12,227 bases of DNA from a virus. Lineage: Duplodnaviria > Heunggongvirae > Uroviricota > Caudoviricetes. The DNA lies in IMG/VR virus record IMGVR_UViG_2671180903_000014, positions 1-12,227 of that record; one strand, 5' to 3'. Shown piece by piece: positions 1-7,149 of the stretch (positions within the stretch are counted from its first letter, which is position 1; every line of letters starts with the position of its first letter). A program made the translations under genes and the position numbers. Under the pieces are notes generated by a model, which was given only the letters and a program-made list of their open reading frames with translations, was not told the DNA's origin and made no database searches.

Positions 1-1461
1 ATGAAAAAATTACTGCATCTTTTTTTCCCGCTCTCGCTGCGGGTACGTTTTCTGTTAGCAACGGCAGCAGTAGTATTGGTGCTTTCGCTTGCCTACGGAA
101 TGGTTGCGCTGATCGGTTATAGCGTCAGTTTCGATAAAACCACGTTTCGGCTGTTACGTGGCGAGAGCAATCTGTTCTATACCCTTGCGAAGTGGGAAAA
201 CAATAAGTTGCATGTCGAGTTACCCGAAAATATCGACAAGCAAAGCCCCACCATGACGCTAATTTATGATGAGAACGGGCAGCTTTTATGGGCGCAACGT
301 GACGTGCCCTGGCTGATGAAGATGATCCAGCCTGACTGGCTGAAATCGAATGGTTTTCATGAAATTGAAGCGGATGTTAACGATACCAGCCTCTTGCTGA
401 GTGGAGATCATTCTATACAGCAACAGTTGCAGGAAGTGCGGGAAGATGATGACGACGCGGAGATGACCCACTCGGTGGCGGTAAACGTCTACCCGGCAAC
501 ATCGCGGATGCCAAAGTTAACCATTGTGGTGGTGGATACCATTCCGGTGGAGCTAAAAAGTTCCTATATGGTCTGGAGCTGGTTTATCTATGTGCTCTCA
601 GCCAATCTGCTGTTAGTGATCCCGCTGCTGTGGGTCGCCGCCTGGTGGAGTTTACGCCCCATCGAAGCCCTGGCAAAAGAAGTCCGCGAACTGGAAGAAC
701 ATAACCGCGAATTGCTCAATCCAGCCACAACGCGAGAACTGACCAGTCTGGTACGAAACCTGAACCGACTGTTAAAAAGTGAACGCGAACGTTACGACAA
801 ATATCGTACGACGCTCACCGACCTGACCCATAGTCTGAAAACGCCACTGGCGGTGCTGCAAAGTACGCTGCGTTCTCTGCGTAGTGAGAAGATGAGCGTC
901 AGTGATGCTGAGCCGGTAATGCTGGAGCAAATCAGCCGCATTTCACAGCAAATTGGCTACTACCTGCATCGTGCCAGTATGCGCGGCGGGACATTGCTTA
1001 GCCGCGAGCTGCATCCGGTCGCCCCACTGCTGGACAATCTCACCTCGGCGCTGAACAAAGTGTATCAACGCAAAGGGGTCAATATCTCTCTCGATATTTC
1101 GCCAGAGATCAGCTTTGTCGGTGAGCAGAACGATTTTGTCGAGGTGATGGGCAACGTGCTGGATAATGCCTGTAAATATTGCCTCGAGTTTGTCGAAATA
1201 TCTGCAAGGCAAACAGACGAGCATCTCTATATTGTGGTCGAGGATGATGGCCCCGGTATTCCCTTAAGCAAGCGAGAGGTCATTTTCGACCGTGGTCAAC
1301 GGGTTGATACTTTACGCCCTGGGCAAGGTGTAGGGCTGGCGGTAGCCCGCGAAATCACCGAGCAGTATGAGGGTAAAATCGTCGCCGGAGAGAGCATGCT
1401 GGGCGGTGCGCGGATGGAGGTGATTTTTGGTCGCCAGCATTCTGCGCCGAAAGATGAATAA
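1..1461 (+). CDS. phoQ: Sensor histidine kinase PhoQ of the PhoP/PhoQ two-component system
   Basis: 486-aa ORF with N-terminal transmembrane segment, periplasmic acidic patch EDDDDAE, second transmembrane segment, HAMP region, H-box [12 protein letters not shown] and ATPase motifs (DNACKY, DDGPGI, GQGVGL); matches enterobacterial PhoQ from memory. Confidence 0.95.
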   Translation: MKKLLHLFFPLSLRVRFLLATAAVVLVLSLAYGMVALIGYSVSFDKTTFRLLRGESNLFYTLAKWENNKLHVELPENIDKQSPTMTLIYDENGQLLWAQRDVPWLMKMIQPDWLKSNGFHEIEADVNDTSLLLSGDHSIQQQLQEVREDDDDAEMTHSVAVNVYPATSRMPKLTIVVVDTIPVELKSSYMVWSWFIYVLSANLLLVIPLLWVAAWWSLRPIEALAKEVRELEEHNRELLNPATTRELTSLVRNLNRLLKSERERYDKYRTTLTDLTHSLKTPLAVLQSTLRSLRSEKMSVSDAEPVMLEQISRISQQIGYYLHRASMRGGTLLSRELHPVAPLLDNLTSALNKVYQRKGVNISLDISPEISFVGEQNDFVEVMGNVLDNACKYCLEFVEISARQTDEHLYIVVEDDGPGIPLSKREVIFDRGQRVDTLRPGQGVGLAVAREITEQYEGKIVAGESMLGGARMEVIFGRQHSAPKDE

Positions 1462-1972
1462 ATATGTCCTTTTATCACCACAGCAAGGCAACCAATTGAT
1501 TTAATTAAACAACTCACACTGCAAAAAGTGCTAAAAACAGCAAATTGACTACACCATTAACTACACCGTTCGGTGCACTGTATGAAACAACGTTGAACAA
1601 ATAGACACAAGAAATATACAGGCGGGTAATCTTTCCAGGGGGAAGCGCACCAATTCATGAGGGGCGTTAATGTCGATATGGGGATCCCCATAACGGGGCT
1701 ACCAGATTTTTTTTCCGGTTAACTGTTAATCAGGCTGGTGGGCTTTACCTGTTCGGTAGGTGTTATGATTATCGTAATACCTTTCCCCCAATGGGGTAAA
1801 AGCTCCAACCGTAACGATGTTCGTTATGGTTGCCTTGATGGTCTGAGTGGTCATTTTGACCATTCAGCCAATGACCTTAATCAGAATTTTTCGCTAAAAA
1901 ATGACGTTGGCCACGTCATCCGGAAAGCACAAAATCACGTCGATTTTTAATGAACGGTTAAACCGTCTTTTT

Positions 1973-2007
1973 GTCACGGTGTGTCACTGGTTGTCACTCT
2001 CCGTCAC
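1973..2007. repeat. Four direct copies of (T)GTCAC spaced exactly 10 bp apart
   Basis: GTCAC at 1973, 1983, 1993 and 2003, in non-coding DNA downstream of phoQ; resembles tandem arm-type recombinase sites (lambda Int arm consensus contains AGTCAC) or another phased binding array. Confidence 0.6.
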
Positions 2008-2096
2008 GATTGAGGTGGTGGACATTCTGCCCGACCGCGCATTTTTGCGCTATCGGGAATATCAAACAGTTACCGCGCCGACTTCCTCAAATTGAG

Positions 2097-2239
2097 GTTT
2101 CCGAAAATATCAGCGGGTTAGCGATTAAGCTGACGAGTAATTAAACTGCGAAAATTTCGTAGTTTGTGACTATCTGAAAGATAGTCGGTTGTTCCGGCCT
2201 CAGCCGTTGGCTGTTTCCGAAAATATCAGTAGGTTAGGC
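2097..2239. repeat. Pair of ~26-bp direct repeats (GTTTCCGAAAATATCAG..GGTTAG) 115 bp apart
   Basis: 2097-2124 and 2212-2239 differ at 2-3 positions; palindromes lie between them (GACTATCT-gaa-AGATAGTC at 2169-2187; CCAAAGCTCA-aaaa-TGAGCTTTGG at 2240-2263). Confidence 0.6.
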
Positions 2240-2277
2240 CAAAGCTCAAAAATGAGCTTTGGAACAATATCAACAAG

Positions 2278-2559
2278 TTACCGCCGTAACCGCTCCGGCT
2301 TCTTCCAGTGGTACGTAATTTTCTCCGTTTCCCGATACAGTGCCACGCGGCGATTGTAGGCCAGCATTTCAAGAACGCGGATCCGTATGTTGCGCATATC
2401 CACATCATTAAGCTGGATACCATCACGGCGCATCACCTCAGCAACAACACGCGCATAATTTTCGGCTGTCACGCTGTCCGGCTGCGTGGCCTGTTCGTCA
2501 GTCTGCTGGCTGATTCCACCAGCACGGCGGATTAATCCCAGTATTTCGGCTTCTGTCAT
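2278..2559 (-). CDS. Hypothetical 93-aa protein
   Basis: ATG at 2559 with upstream GGGTG; charged, protein-like composition; the overlapping plus-strand ORF looks like antisense. No family recognised. Confidence 0.4.
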   Translation of the reverse strand: MTEAEILGLIRRAGGISQQTDEQATQPDSVTAENYARVVAEVMRRDGIQLNDVDMRNIRIRVLEMLAYNRRVALYRETEKITYHWKKPERLRR

Positions 2560-2592
2560 TGTGCACCCATCGTTCTGATTGTCTGGTGTCGT

Positions 2593-2795
2593 CGGGTCCT
2601 TCCTGGAATTATGGACCCGTTACGGGGCGGCGACCTCGCGGTTTTTATCTGTTTATGAAAATTTTCCGGCAAAAGTCAGATCCGTTCTTCTTCTCTGTAA
2701 CAGACTGTTTAACAATGAAAATATTAAAAAAAGAAAGGATCTGACACGAGGCATTTTAGCCAGAAAATGCCATTATCAGATCCTTTCTCATTTTT
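2593..2795 (+). other. Lambda-type cos site 'cos-A' (cosQ, cosN, cosB) in plus orientation
   Basis: GGGTCCTTCC..GTTACG|GGGCGGCGACCT|CGCGGTTTTT..TTATGAAAATTTTCCGG..CCGTTCTTCTTC closely follows the lambda right-end/left-end junction as recalled; the 12-nt cohesive-end sequence is at 2625-2636. Three R-site-like repeats GATCC(G/T)TTCT follow (2681-2695 plus, 2730-2745 inverted, 2777-2789 plus), with an A/T-rich IHF-like stretch between the first two. Confidence 0.8.
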
Positions 2796-2815
2796 GTTCA
2801 ATAATTGCGCGTCTG

Positions 2816-3358
2816 TTACTCGCCTTTCTTCTGTAGCAACTTTTCCGGTACGTTTCCGGTTGTTTCTTTCAAGTAATCAGCCAGTATCTGTGGGAGGTTG
2901 TCGGCAACTCTGGCACTGGCATTACAGGCTTTAACCACTTCCCTTTTAAGCCTATCCAGCATGGCGGGGGTAATCTGTGGGAAGCTCCTTTGCATAGTAA
3001 GCGGGAGGCTGTCCATGATTGATGAAATCTGACTCGCCAGCTTTGAAAGCGCGTACAGGCAAAACTCAGTATCAATCACGTCACCGCGATCGCGCTCGTT
3101 TTTAAGTTCCTGCGCCTCCGCCTGTGCTGTCAGTAATCTGATCCTGACTCGTAAGAGTTCATCATCATCAATATCGCCTTTGTCGTTTGTAAGCTGGCTA
3201 ATTGCATTGTTAACCCTATTGTCTATCACGCTGGCAACATCATAAAACGCCTCACGGCCTTTACGTTCAACGGGAGTCACTCCCCACTTGTCGAACGCTG
3301 TCGCACTTACACGGCAGCTTTTCGCCATGTTTTTTTTGTTCATCAGGTGCGATTTCAT
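2816..3358 (-). CDS. Terminase small subunit, lambda Nu1-like
   Basis: Residues LLTAQAEAQELKNERDRGDVIDTEFCLYALSKLASQISSIMDSLPLTMQRSFP align with lambda Nu1 (LTRAQADAQELKNARDSAEVVETAFCTFVLSRIAGEIASILDGLPLSVQRRFP); N-terminus NKK..W..G..PV matches the Nu1 DNA-binding region. Start may be ATG 3358 or ATG 3343. Confidence 0.85.
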   Translation of the reverse strand: MKSHLMNKKNMAKSCRVSATAFDKWGVTPVERKGREAFYDVASVIDNRVNNAISQLTNDKGDIDDDELLRVRIRLLTAQAEAQELKNERDRGDVIDTEFCLYALSKLASQISSIMDSLPLTMQRSFPQITPAMLDRLKREVVKACNASARVADNLPQILADYLKETTGNVPEKLLQKKGE

Positions 3359-3399
3359 TAATACACCAACTTAATTACTGCTTCAGGTTGGTGTATTGT

Positions 3400-3534
3400 T
3401 TGCATCTTTCCCTTTTTATTCATAAAGATAGATCAAACAACGAAACCACCACCCCCCCCCTGAAAAGGCTCATAAATAGCGAAAAACCGCTAGGTCGCCG
3501 CCCCGTAACGGGCCATAATTCCAGGAAGGACCCG
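3400..3534 (-). other. Second lambda-type cos site 'cos-B' (cosQ, cosN, degenerate cosB) in minus orientation
   Basis: Minus strand reads GGGTCCTTCCTGGAATTATGGCCCGTTACG|GGGCGGCGACCT|AGCGGTTTTTCGCTATTTATGA and then diverges, including a G9 run; cohesive-end sequence at 3492-3503. The 53-bp stretch 3482-3534 is an inverted repeat of 2593-2646 with one mismatch and one 1-bp indel. Confidence 0.75.
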
Positions 3535-3535
3535 T

Positions 3536-3557
3536 AAAAAAGCCGGATTTCTCCGGC
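3536..3557 (-). terminator. Rho-independent terminator after the 137-aa gene
   Basis: Minus strand GCCGGAGAAATCCGGC hairpin followed by TTTTTT; 6 bp past the stop of the 137-aa ORF. Confidence 0.7.
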
Positions 3558-3563
3558 CTTGTC

Positions 3564-3977
3564 TCAGATGGTTTTCAGTATGCGATCGATGTCGCCGTCA
3601 TCGCCCTGGTTTCTGCCATCGTATGCCATGCCAGCTGATACGGCTTGCGGGCTGTGCATGTCCATAAAGTTTTCAAAGGCTGCGGTAAGTTCCGGCGCAA
3701 CCTTCGGACGTTCCTGCTCTATGGTCATGCTAAGGATGCTTTTAGCCGTACCAACATCGATACAAGGCACGTTTGCCATTGCACGCAACAGCGGCTGATA
3801 GTCTTTATGCTCATGAAGCGCCATAATCGCATCAGCGCGCGGCTTGTCCTGCTCTTCCAGTTTGTTTAGTTGATATACGGCCTCATAGGTTGATAAACCT
3901 CTGTCAGCCATTGCCCGCGCTTCGACTTTAAATTTACTCGCCAGCGGTAGCGTCATGATGCTTTCATTCGTTGCCAT
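3564..3977 (-). CDS. Hypothetical 137-aa acidic protein, last gene of the capsid operon
   Basis: Strong RBS (AGGGGGA) before ATG 3977; 12 bp after the gpD-like stop; followed by a terminator. No family recognised; not lambda FI or W by recalled sequence. Confidence 0.55.
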   Translation of the reverse strand: MATNESIMTLPLASKFKVEARAMADRGLSTYEAVYQLNKLEEQDKPRADAIMALHEHKDYQPLLRAMANVPCIDVGTAKSILSMTIEQERPKVAPELTAAFENFMDMHSPQAVSAGMAYDGRNQGDDGDIDRILKTI

Positions 3978-3989
3978 CGTTCCCCCTGC

Positions 3990-4325
3990 TTATCGGGCCA
4001 GCGGCTGAACGGATACGCCGGAACCCGCAAAGGCGGCGCATTTTTTCGCATCGGTGTCGACGCTCTCAGGCCAGTTAACGGCGGCAATATTGAATATCCC
4101 CGTCTTGTAACACTGTGCTGATTTCTGCTTTGACGTGCCCACAGGGTACGAGGTCAGATAAACAGCCTTGCCAGATTCCTGACCATCCCACGGCTTAAAC
4201 TCGCCATTGTCTGCCAGCATCAGCGGGGTAAATTCCTGAATAACGCCAGCATCAGCGGCAAAATGTACCAACGTCGTGGATACCTGCTGACTGCCTGCAA
4301 ATAACTCAATGTATGGAGTGTCCAT
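3990..4325 (-). CDS. Head decoration protein, lambda gpD family
   Basis: 111 aa; TPLML, WDG, YKTGIF, WPE and AFAG motifs align with lambda gpD (TPLML..WDG..YKSGTF..WPE..AFAG); RBS GGGGGGA. Confidence 0.85.
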   Translation of the reverse strand: MDTPYIELFAGSQQVSTTLVHFAADAGVIQEFTPLMLADNGEFKPWDGQESGKAVYLTSYPVGTSKQKSAQCYKTGIFNIAAVNWPESVDTDAKKCAAFAGSGVSVQPLAR

Positions 4326-4337
4326 AGAATCCCCCCG

Positions 4338-5393
4338 TTAACCAATTTTGACGGTAACAAATTTGCGAATATCTGCCGGTACCGGCTGCGGTGCACTGTG
4401 TGTCTGCACGTACTCAATCGCCGGATCGCCGTCCTCAATCCAGTTTTTCGGGTAAAACATGTTTTGTGTTGCGCCCGTTCTTACCGCTTCCTGATCCATT
4501 ATCGCACCATAGGCCACCAGCCCTTTATTGTTGGTGTTACCCAGGACCAGCAAATCAGGCTCAAGGAAATATTTTTCGGTACCATCGCTGTCAGTGTATT
4601 TGCCGGAATAGACGATAAGGGCCAGATCACCAAGATAGCCTTTAAAGCTCACCACTTCGCCCAGGTTTTTACAGGCCAGTTCGGCGGCGGATTCTGAACC
4701 ACGGGAAAGATCGTACAGCTCACGGAATTTTTTAAAGCTGCCTAATGTGCGCCATACCTCAGCGCCCATAATCATGACGTTTGCGGGGCAACCAGCCTGA
4801 TCAGCATAAAGCTCGATGTCATAGATTGGGTCGTGCATGTCTTTATCCTGCTCGGACCATTTTTTACCCTTGGCCTGCTCTATGATGCAGTTTTCCGGTA
4901 TTTTCCAGTCGATTTCATAGCGTTCTATGCCTTCGCCCTCAATGATGTTTTTTCCGGTCGTTACCGCATTCACCGCCAGCCATTCCACGCGTGCCTTAAT
5001 GGCGTTTATCTGGCGGCGCATGTTGCCAGTAATCAGGCGCATACGGCGATAGGTAGGGTCGTTAAGCTGTGCCGGATCTTCTCCAGCCATGCGCATGATG
5101 GTTTTCGTTGGATCGATTTCGTGCTTTGGCTTCATGTAGCCAGGTTTGATTGTGCTGGTTTCGTACCCTTTATCGCGCTGAACCTGGCTACCCACCATAG
5201 GCGAACAAAACGCCGACATGGTGACTTCTTCAATGTCCAGGGTATCCAGCATGATGTTTTGCGTGCTGAATGTCGCCACGTTCGGGAAAAACAGCGTGGT
5301 AAACAGAGGGCTGAATTTAAAATCCGCAATATCCCCGCGATTCAGGTACATGAAAAGCTGGTTAGTGTTAAGTGCCGTTGCTTTGCCTGCCAT
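4338..5393 (-). CDS. Major capsid protein, lambda gpE family
   Basis: 351 aa; collinear with lambda gpE (FKF.PLF..LFF, PGY.KPKHE, DP.YRR.R, RDK..DP..DIE.YA, YKG..GD.A.VYSG, VLGNT, YPKNW, GDPA.E); RBS GGGGGTGA. Confidence 0.9.
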   Translation of the reverse strand: MAGKATALNTNQLFMYLNRGDIADFKFSPLFTTLFFPNVATFSTQNIMLDTLDIEEVTMSAFCSPMVGSQVQRDKGYETSTIKPGYMKPKHEIDPTKTIMRMAGEDPAQLNDPTYRRMRLITGNMRRQINAIKARVEWLAVNAVTTGKNIIEGEGIERYEIDWKIPENCIIEQAKGKKWSEQDKDMHDPIYDIELYADQAGCPANVMIMGAEVWRTLGSFKKFRELYDLSRGSESAAELACKNLGEVVSFKGYLGDLALIVYSGKYTDSDGTEKYFLEPDLLVLGNTNNKGLVAYGAIMDQEAVRTGATQNMFYPKNWIEDGDPAIEYVQTHSAPQPVPADIRKFVTVKIG

Positions 5394-5599
5394 TATTCAC
5401 CCCCATAATTTTTATGCATCCCAAGCGCCGCAAGTAAATAAGAGCGTACAAGTGAACCTATCGACGGCTCCGGCGTCATCAGCGGATCCAGTCCAGCCGC
5501 AACGCCAGCTTCATAGTTTTTTTTGTGGCGCTGCTTGAGCACCTCCACGATTTCGGGGCTTATGTACACCGAAACACCGCCTTTTTTCTCTTCAGCCAT
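5393..5599 (-). CDS. Hypothetical 68-aa protein, first gene of the capsid operon
   Basis: ATG at 5599 preceded by AAGAGGAA; its stop overlaps the capsid start codon (TAATG), suggesting translational coupling. No family recognised. Confidence 0.45.
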   Translation of the reverse strand: MAEEKKGGVSVYISPEIVEVLKQRHKKNYEAGVAAGLDPLMTPEPSIGSLVRSYLLAALGMHKNYGGE

Positions 5600-5633
5600 A
5601 GTAAGAAATTCCTCTTCGACTAAAAAAATCATA

Positions 5634-5684
5634 ACTGGATGTTTATCCAGTCCTGATTATAATCAGAATTGCATTTTATGCAAT
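5634..5684 (-). promoter_or_regulatory. Sigma70-like promoter overlapped by three adjacent palindromic operators
   Basis: Minus-strand -35 TTGCAT (5683-5678), 16-bp spacer, -10 TATAAT (5661-5656). Palindromes: ACTGGAT-gttt-ATCCAGT (5634-5651), CTGATTATAATCAG (5653-5666), ATTGCAT-ttt-ATGCAAT (5668-5684). Confidence 0.55.
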
Positions 5685-5764
5685 GATATTGAGTTATGTT
5701 GCAAATTATGAAATGATTATCCCGATCACGAACGCCAGTGCATCCAAAAACCTCATATGCAAAA

Positions 5765-5830
5765 GCCCGATAAGAACCCTCTGACCTTATCGGGCTTTTT
5801 TTGGGCGCAAAAAAGCCGGATTGCTCCGGC
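5765..5830. terminator. Tandem terminators between the 74-aa gene and the capsid promoter
   Basis: Hairpin GCCCGATAAG..CTTATCGGGC with T7 on the plus side and A4 on the other (5765-5802), then minus-strand GCCGGAGCAATCCGGC plus T6 (5809-5830). Confidence 0.65.
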
Positions 5831-5850
5831 TATGTGTGCTGTGTGCTGGC

Positions 5851-6075
5851 TCAGTCTCTGATCTCTTTCAGAAATTCTATCAATGCATCTATCTGTTCAG
5901 GATTTACCGCCAGCATTTCACCGGATAGAGCACATCTCACAAAACCATGCTGATCCTTTTCAATCAGTGCGCCCGTCTCCAGGAATGCGCGGTAATCATT
6001 GATGCTCATCGTCTCCATGTTGTCAGCATGGTATTTATCACGCTGTTTTAATATCTCATCAAATTTCATCGGCAT
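5851..6075 (-). CDS. Hypothetical 74-aa protein, monocistronic between terminators
   Basis: ATG at 6075 preceded by AGAGGAAAAA; terminators on both sides. No family recognised; only one Cys, so not an Ogr/Delta zinc finger. Confidence 0.5.
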   Translation of the reverse strand: MPMKFDEILKQRDKYHADNMETMSINDYRAFLETGALIEKDQHGFVRCALSGEMLAVNPEQIDALIEFLKEIRD

Positions 6076-6171
6076 TGTTTTTTTCCTCTGTTGTGTCTGT
6101 TTGTTTCAGATAGTAACTATGCCTGACCGTGACGAAAACCCGGTAATGCGCCATACCGTTTCAACTGGTGC

Positions 6172-6194
6172 AAAAAAAGCCGGATTTCTCCGGC
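6172..6194 (-). terminator. Rho-independent terminator after the PerC-like gene
   Basis: Minus strand GCCGGAGAAATCCGGC followed by T7; near-identical to the terminators at 3536-3557 and 5809-5830. Confidence 0.7.
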
Positions 6195-6201
6195 TGTTTG
6201 A

Positions 6202-6474
6202 TTAGCTGTCCTGGTAATTGCGCCATATTTCATCACCAGCACCATCTATACCCATTTCGGCATAAGTGCGATCGACTGCCTTTTTCAGGTCTCCGAAATT
6301 ATCCGGCGGCTCCGGTGCCCTCTGTGCCTTCCTTGAACATTCCAGCCGTCGCATCGTGATGTGATGCCGTTCCTTGTCTGTCTCCACCAGCTGCATGACT
6401 TCACCCCATCGCGCCGCCGCCCTCCGGTAAAAGCCTTTCGCCTCCAGTTCCTCCGCTATGCGGTCATGTACCAT
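6202..6474 (-). CDS. Small PerC-family-like regulator (about 90 aa)
   Basis: Start taken at ATG 6474 (MVHDRIAEELEAKGFYRRAAARWGEVM), 11 nt after the SSB stop with GGGGGTG as RBS; the A..LE..G.YRRAA.RW motif resembles PerC-family proteins from memory. The longer 130-aa ORF call would overlap SSB. Confidence 0.45.
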   Translation of the reverse strand: MVHDRIAEELEAKGFYRRAAARWGEVMQLVETDKERHHITMRRLECSRKAQRAPEPPDNFGDLKKAVDRTYAEMGIDGAGDEIWRNYQDS

Positions 6475-6484
6475 CGTCACCCCC

Positions 6485-6895
6485 TCAGAACGAAATATCA
6501 TCACCGTAAGAGTCATCGCCTCCCGCTGGTGGCTGATTACCCTGTGTGCCTGTGGTTTTGCGTCTGTTCCCGCCTGGACGTGCCGCGCGGGCACTGATTA
6601 CGCTGTCTGCGATAACCTGCCAGCCCTGCCGCGTTTCTCCGTTCTGTCCGGTCCACTGGCTTACCTGCATCGTGCCGGATACGCTGGCAACATCGCCTTT
6701 TTGATGTTTAGCCAGGAAGTCGGCCTGTTTGCCAAATGCGATGACCGATAACCATAACGTCGCCTGTCCGTCCTGTGCCTGGCTGCATGGCAAAGATACC
6801 GCCATACGCGCCAGCGTCATCGGTGTGCCCTTGCTGGTCTGTTTTACCTGCGGGTCGTCCACCAGCCGCCCGTAAGCGGCTATCTGTGCCGTCAT
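6485..6895 (-). CDS. Single-stranded DNA-binding protein, SSB-like
   Basis: 136 aa; OB-fold-like N-terminal region, Gly/Pro/Gln-rich linker and acidic C-terminal tip GDDISF (compare E. coli SSB DDDIPF). Confidence 0.65.
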   Translation of the reverse strand: MTAQIAAYGRLVDDPQVKQTSKGTPMTLARMAVSLPCSQAQDGQATLWLSVIAFGKQADFLAKHQKGDVASVSGTMQVSQWTGQNGETRQGWQVIADSVISARAARPGGNRRKTTGTQGNQPPAGGDDSYGDDISF

Positions 6896-7143
6896 AATTC
6901 CACCTCTCCGGTTTTAACGTTGATGGTTGTTACCTGTTCCGCTTCGGCAATCTCCCGTTCTGTCAGCGTGGCAAAGTTTGCCGCCGCCGTGGTCATGAAT
7001 GCGCTTATCAGGTCGGGATGTTCCTTCGCGTATCCTTCCCGCGTGTGGCGGTCTATCGTTCTGATTGCCACCTTTAAGGTGTGCTCAGTCATGTCTAACG
7101 CTTTATATTTTGGCTCTGTTCTGTCTCTGCGTTTTTGGGTCAT
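6892..7143 (-). CDS. Hypothetical small protein between the origin and ssb
   Basis: The longest ORF begins at a GTG (7173) inside the iteron array; ATG 7143 or ATG 7092 are more plausible starts. Stop overlaps the ssb start (ATGA). Confidence 0.35.
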   Translation of the reverse strand: MTQKRRDRTEPKYKALDMTEHTLKVAIRTIDRHTREGYAKEHPDLISAFMTTAAANFATLTEREIAEAEQVTTINVKTGEVEL

Positions 7144-7149
7144 TTCTCG

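Noticed and set aside
1462-1520. Expected roxA (ycfD) start just downstream of phoQ
   Set aside because: No plus-strand ORF begins here, so the gene is absent at this position; recorded as a synteny break, not as a feature.
1683-1715. GGGGATCCCC palindrome followed by a T8 run as a phoQ terminator
   Set aside because: The stem is short and separated from the T-run by about 20 nt, and it lies more than 200 bp past the stop; not a convincing intrinsic terminator.
1738-2095. Two small plus-strand ORFs (70 and 64 aa) downstream of phoQ
   Set aside because: No RBS, atypical composition, and they sit across the repeat arrays; treated as non-coding.
2308-2535. 75-aa plus-strand ORF
   Set aside because: His-rich shadow of the more protein-like minus-strand 93-aa ORF.
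4833-5408. 191-aa plus-strand ORF
   Set aside because: Lies entirely antisense to the well-supported gpE-like capsid gene; composition (His/Arg/Phe-rich) looks like a shadow ORF.
6202-6594. Full 130-aa extent of the ORF containing the PerC-like protein
   Set aside because: The N-terminal 40 residues overlap the ssb coding region in another frame; an internal ATG at 6474 with a good RBS just past the ssb stop is the more likely start.
6361-6751. Plus-strand ORFs of 78 and 97 aa
   Set aside because: Antisense to the ssb and PerC-like genes, Cys/His/Arg-rich shadow frames.
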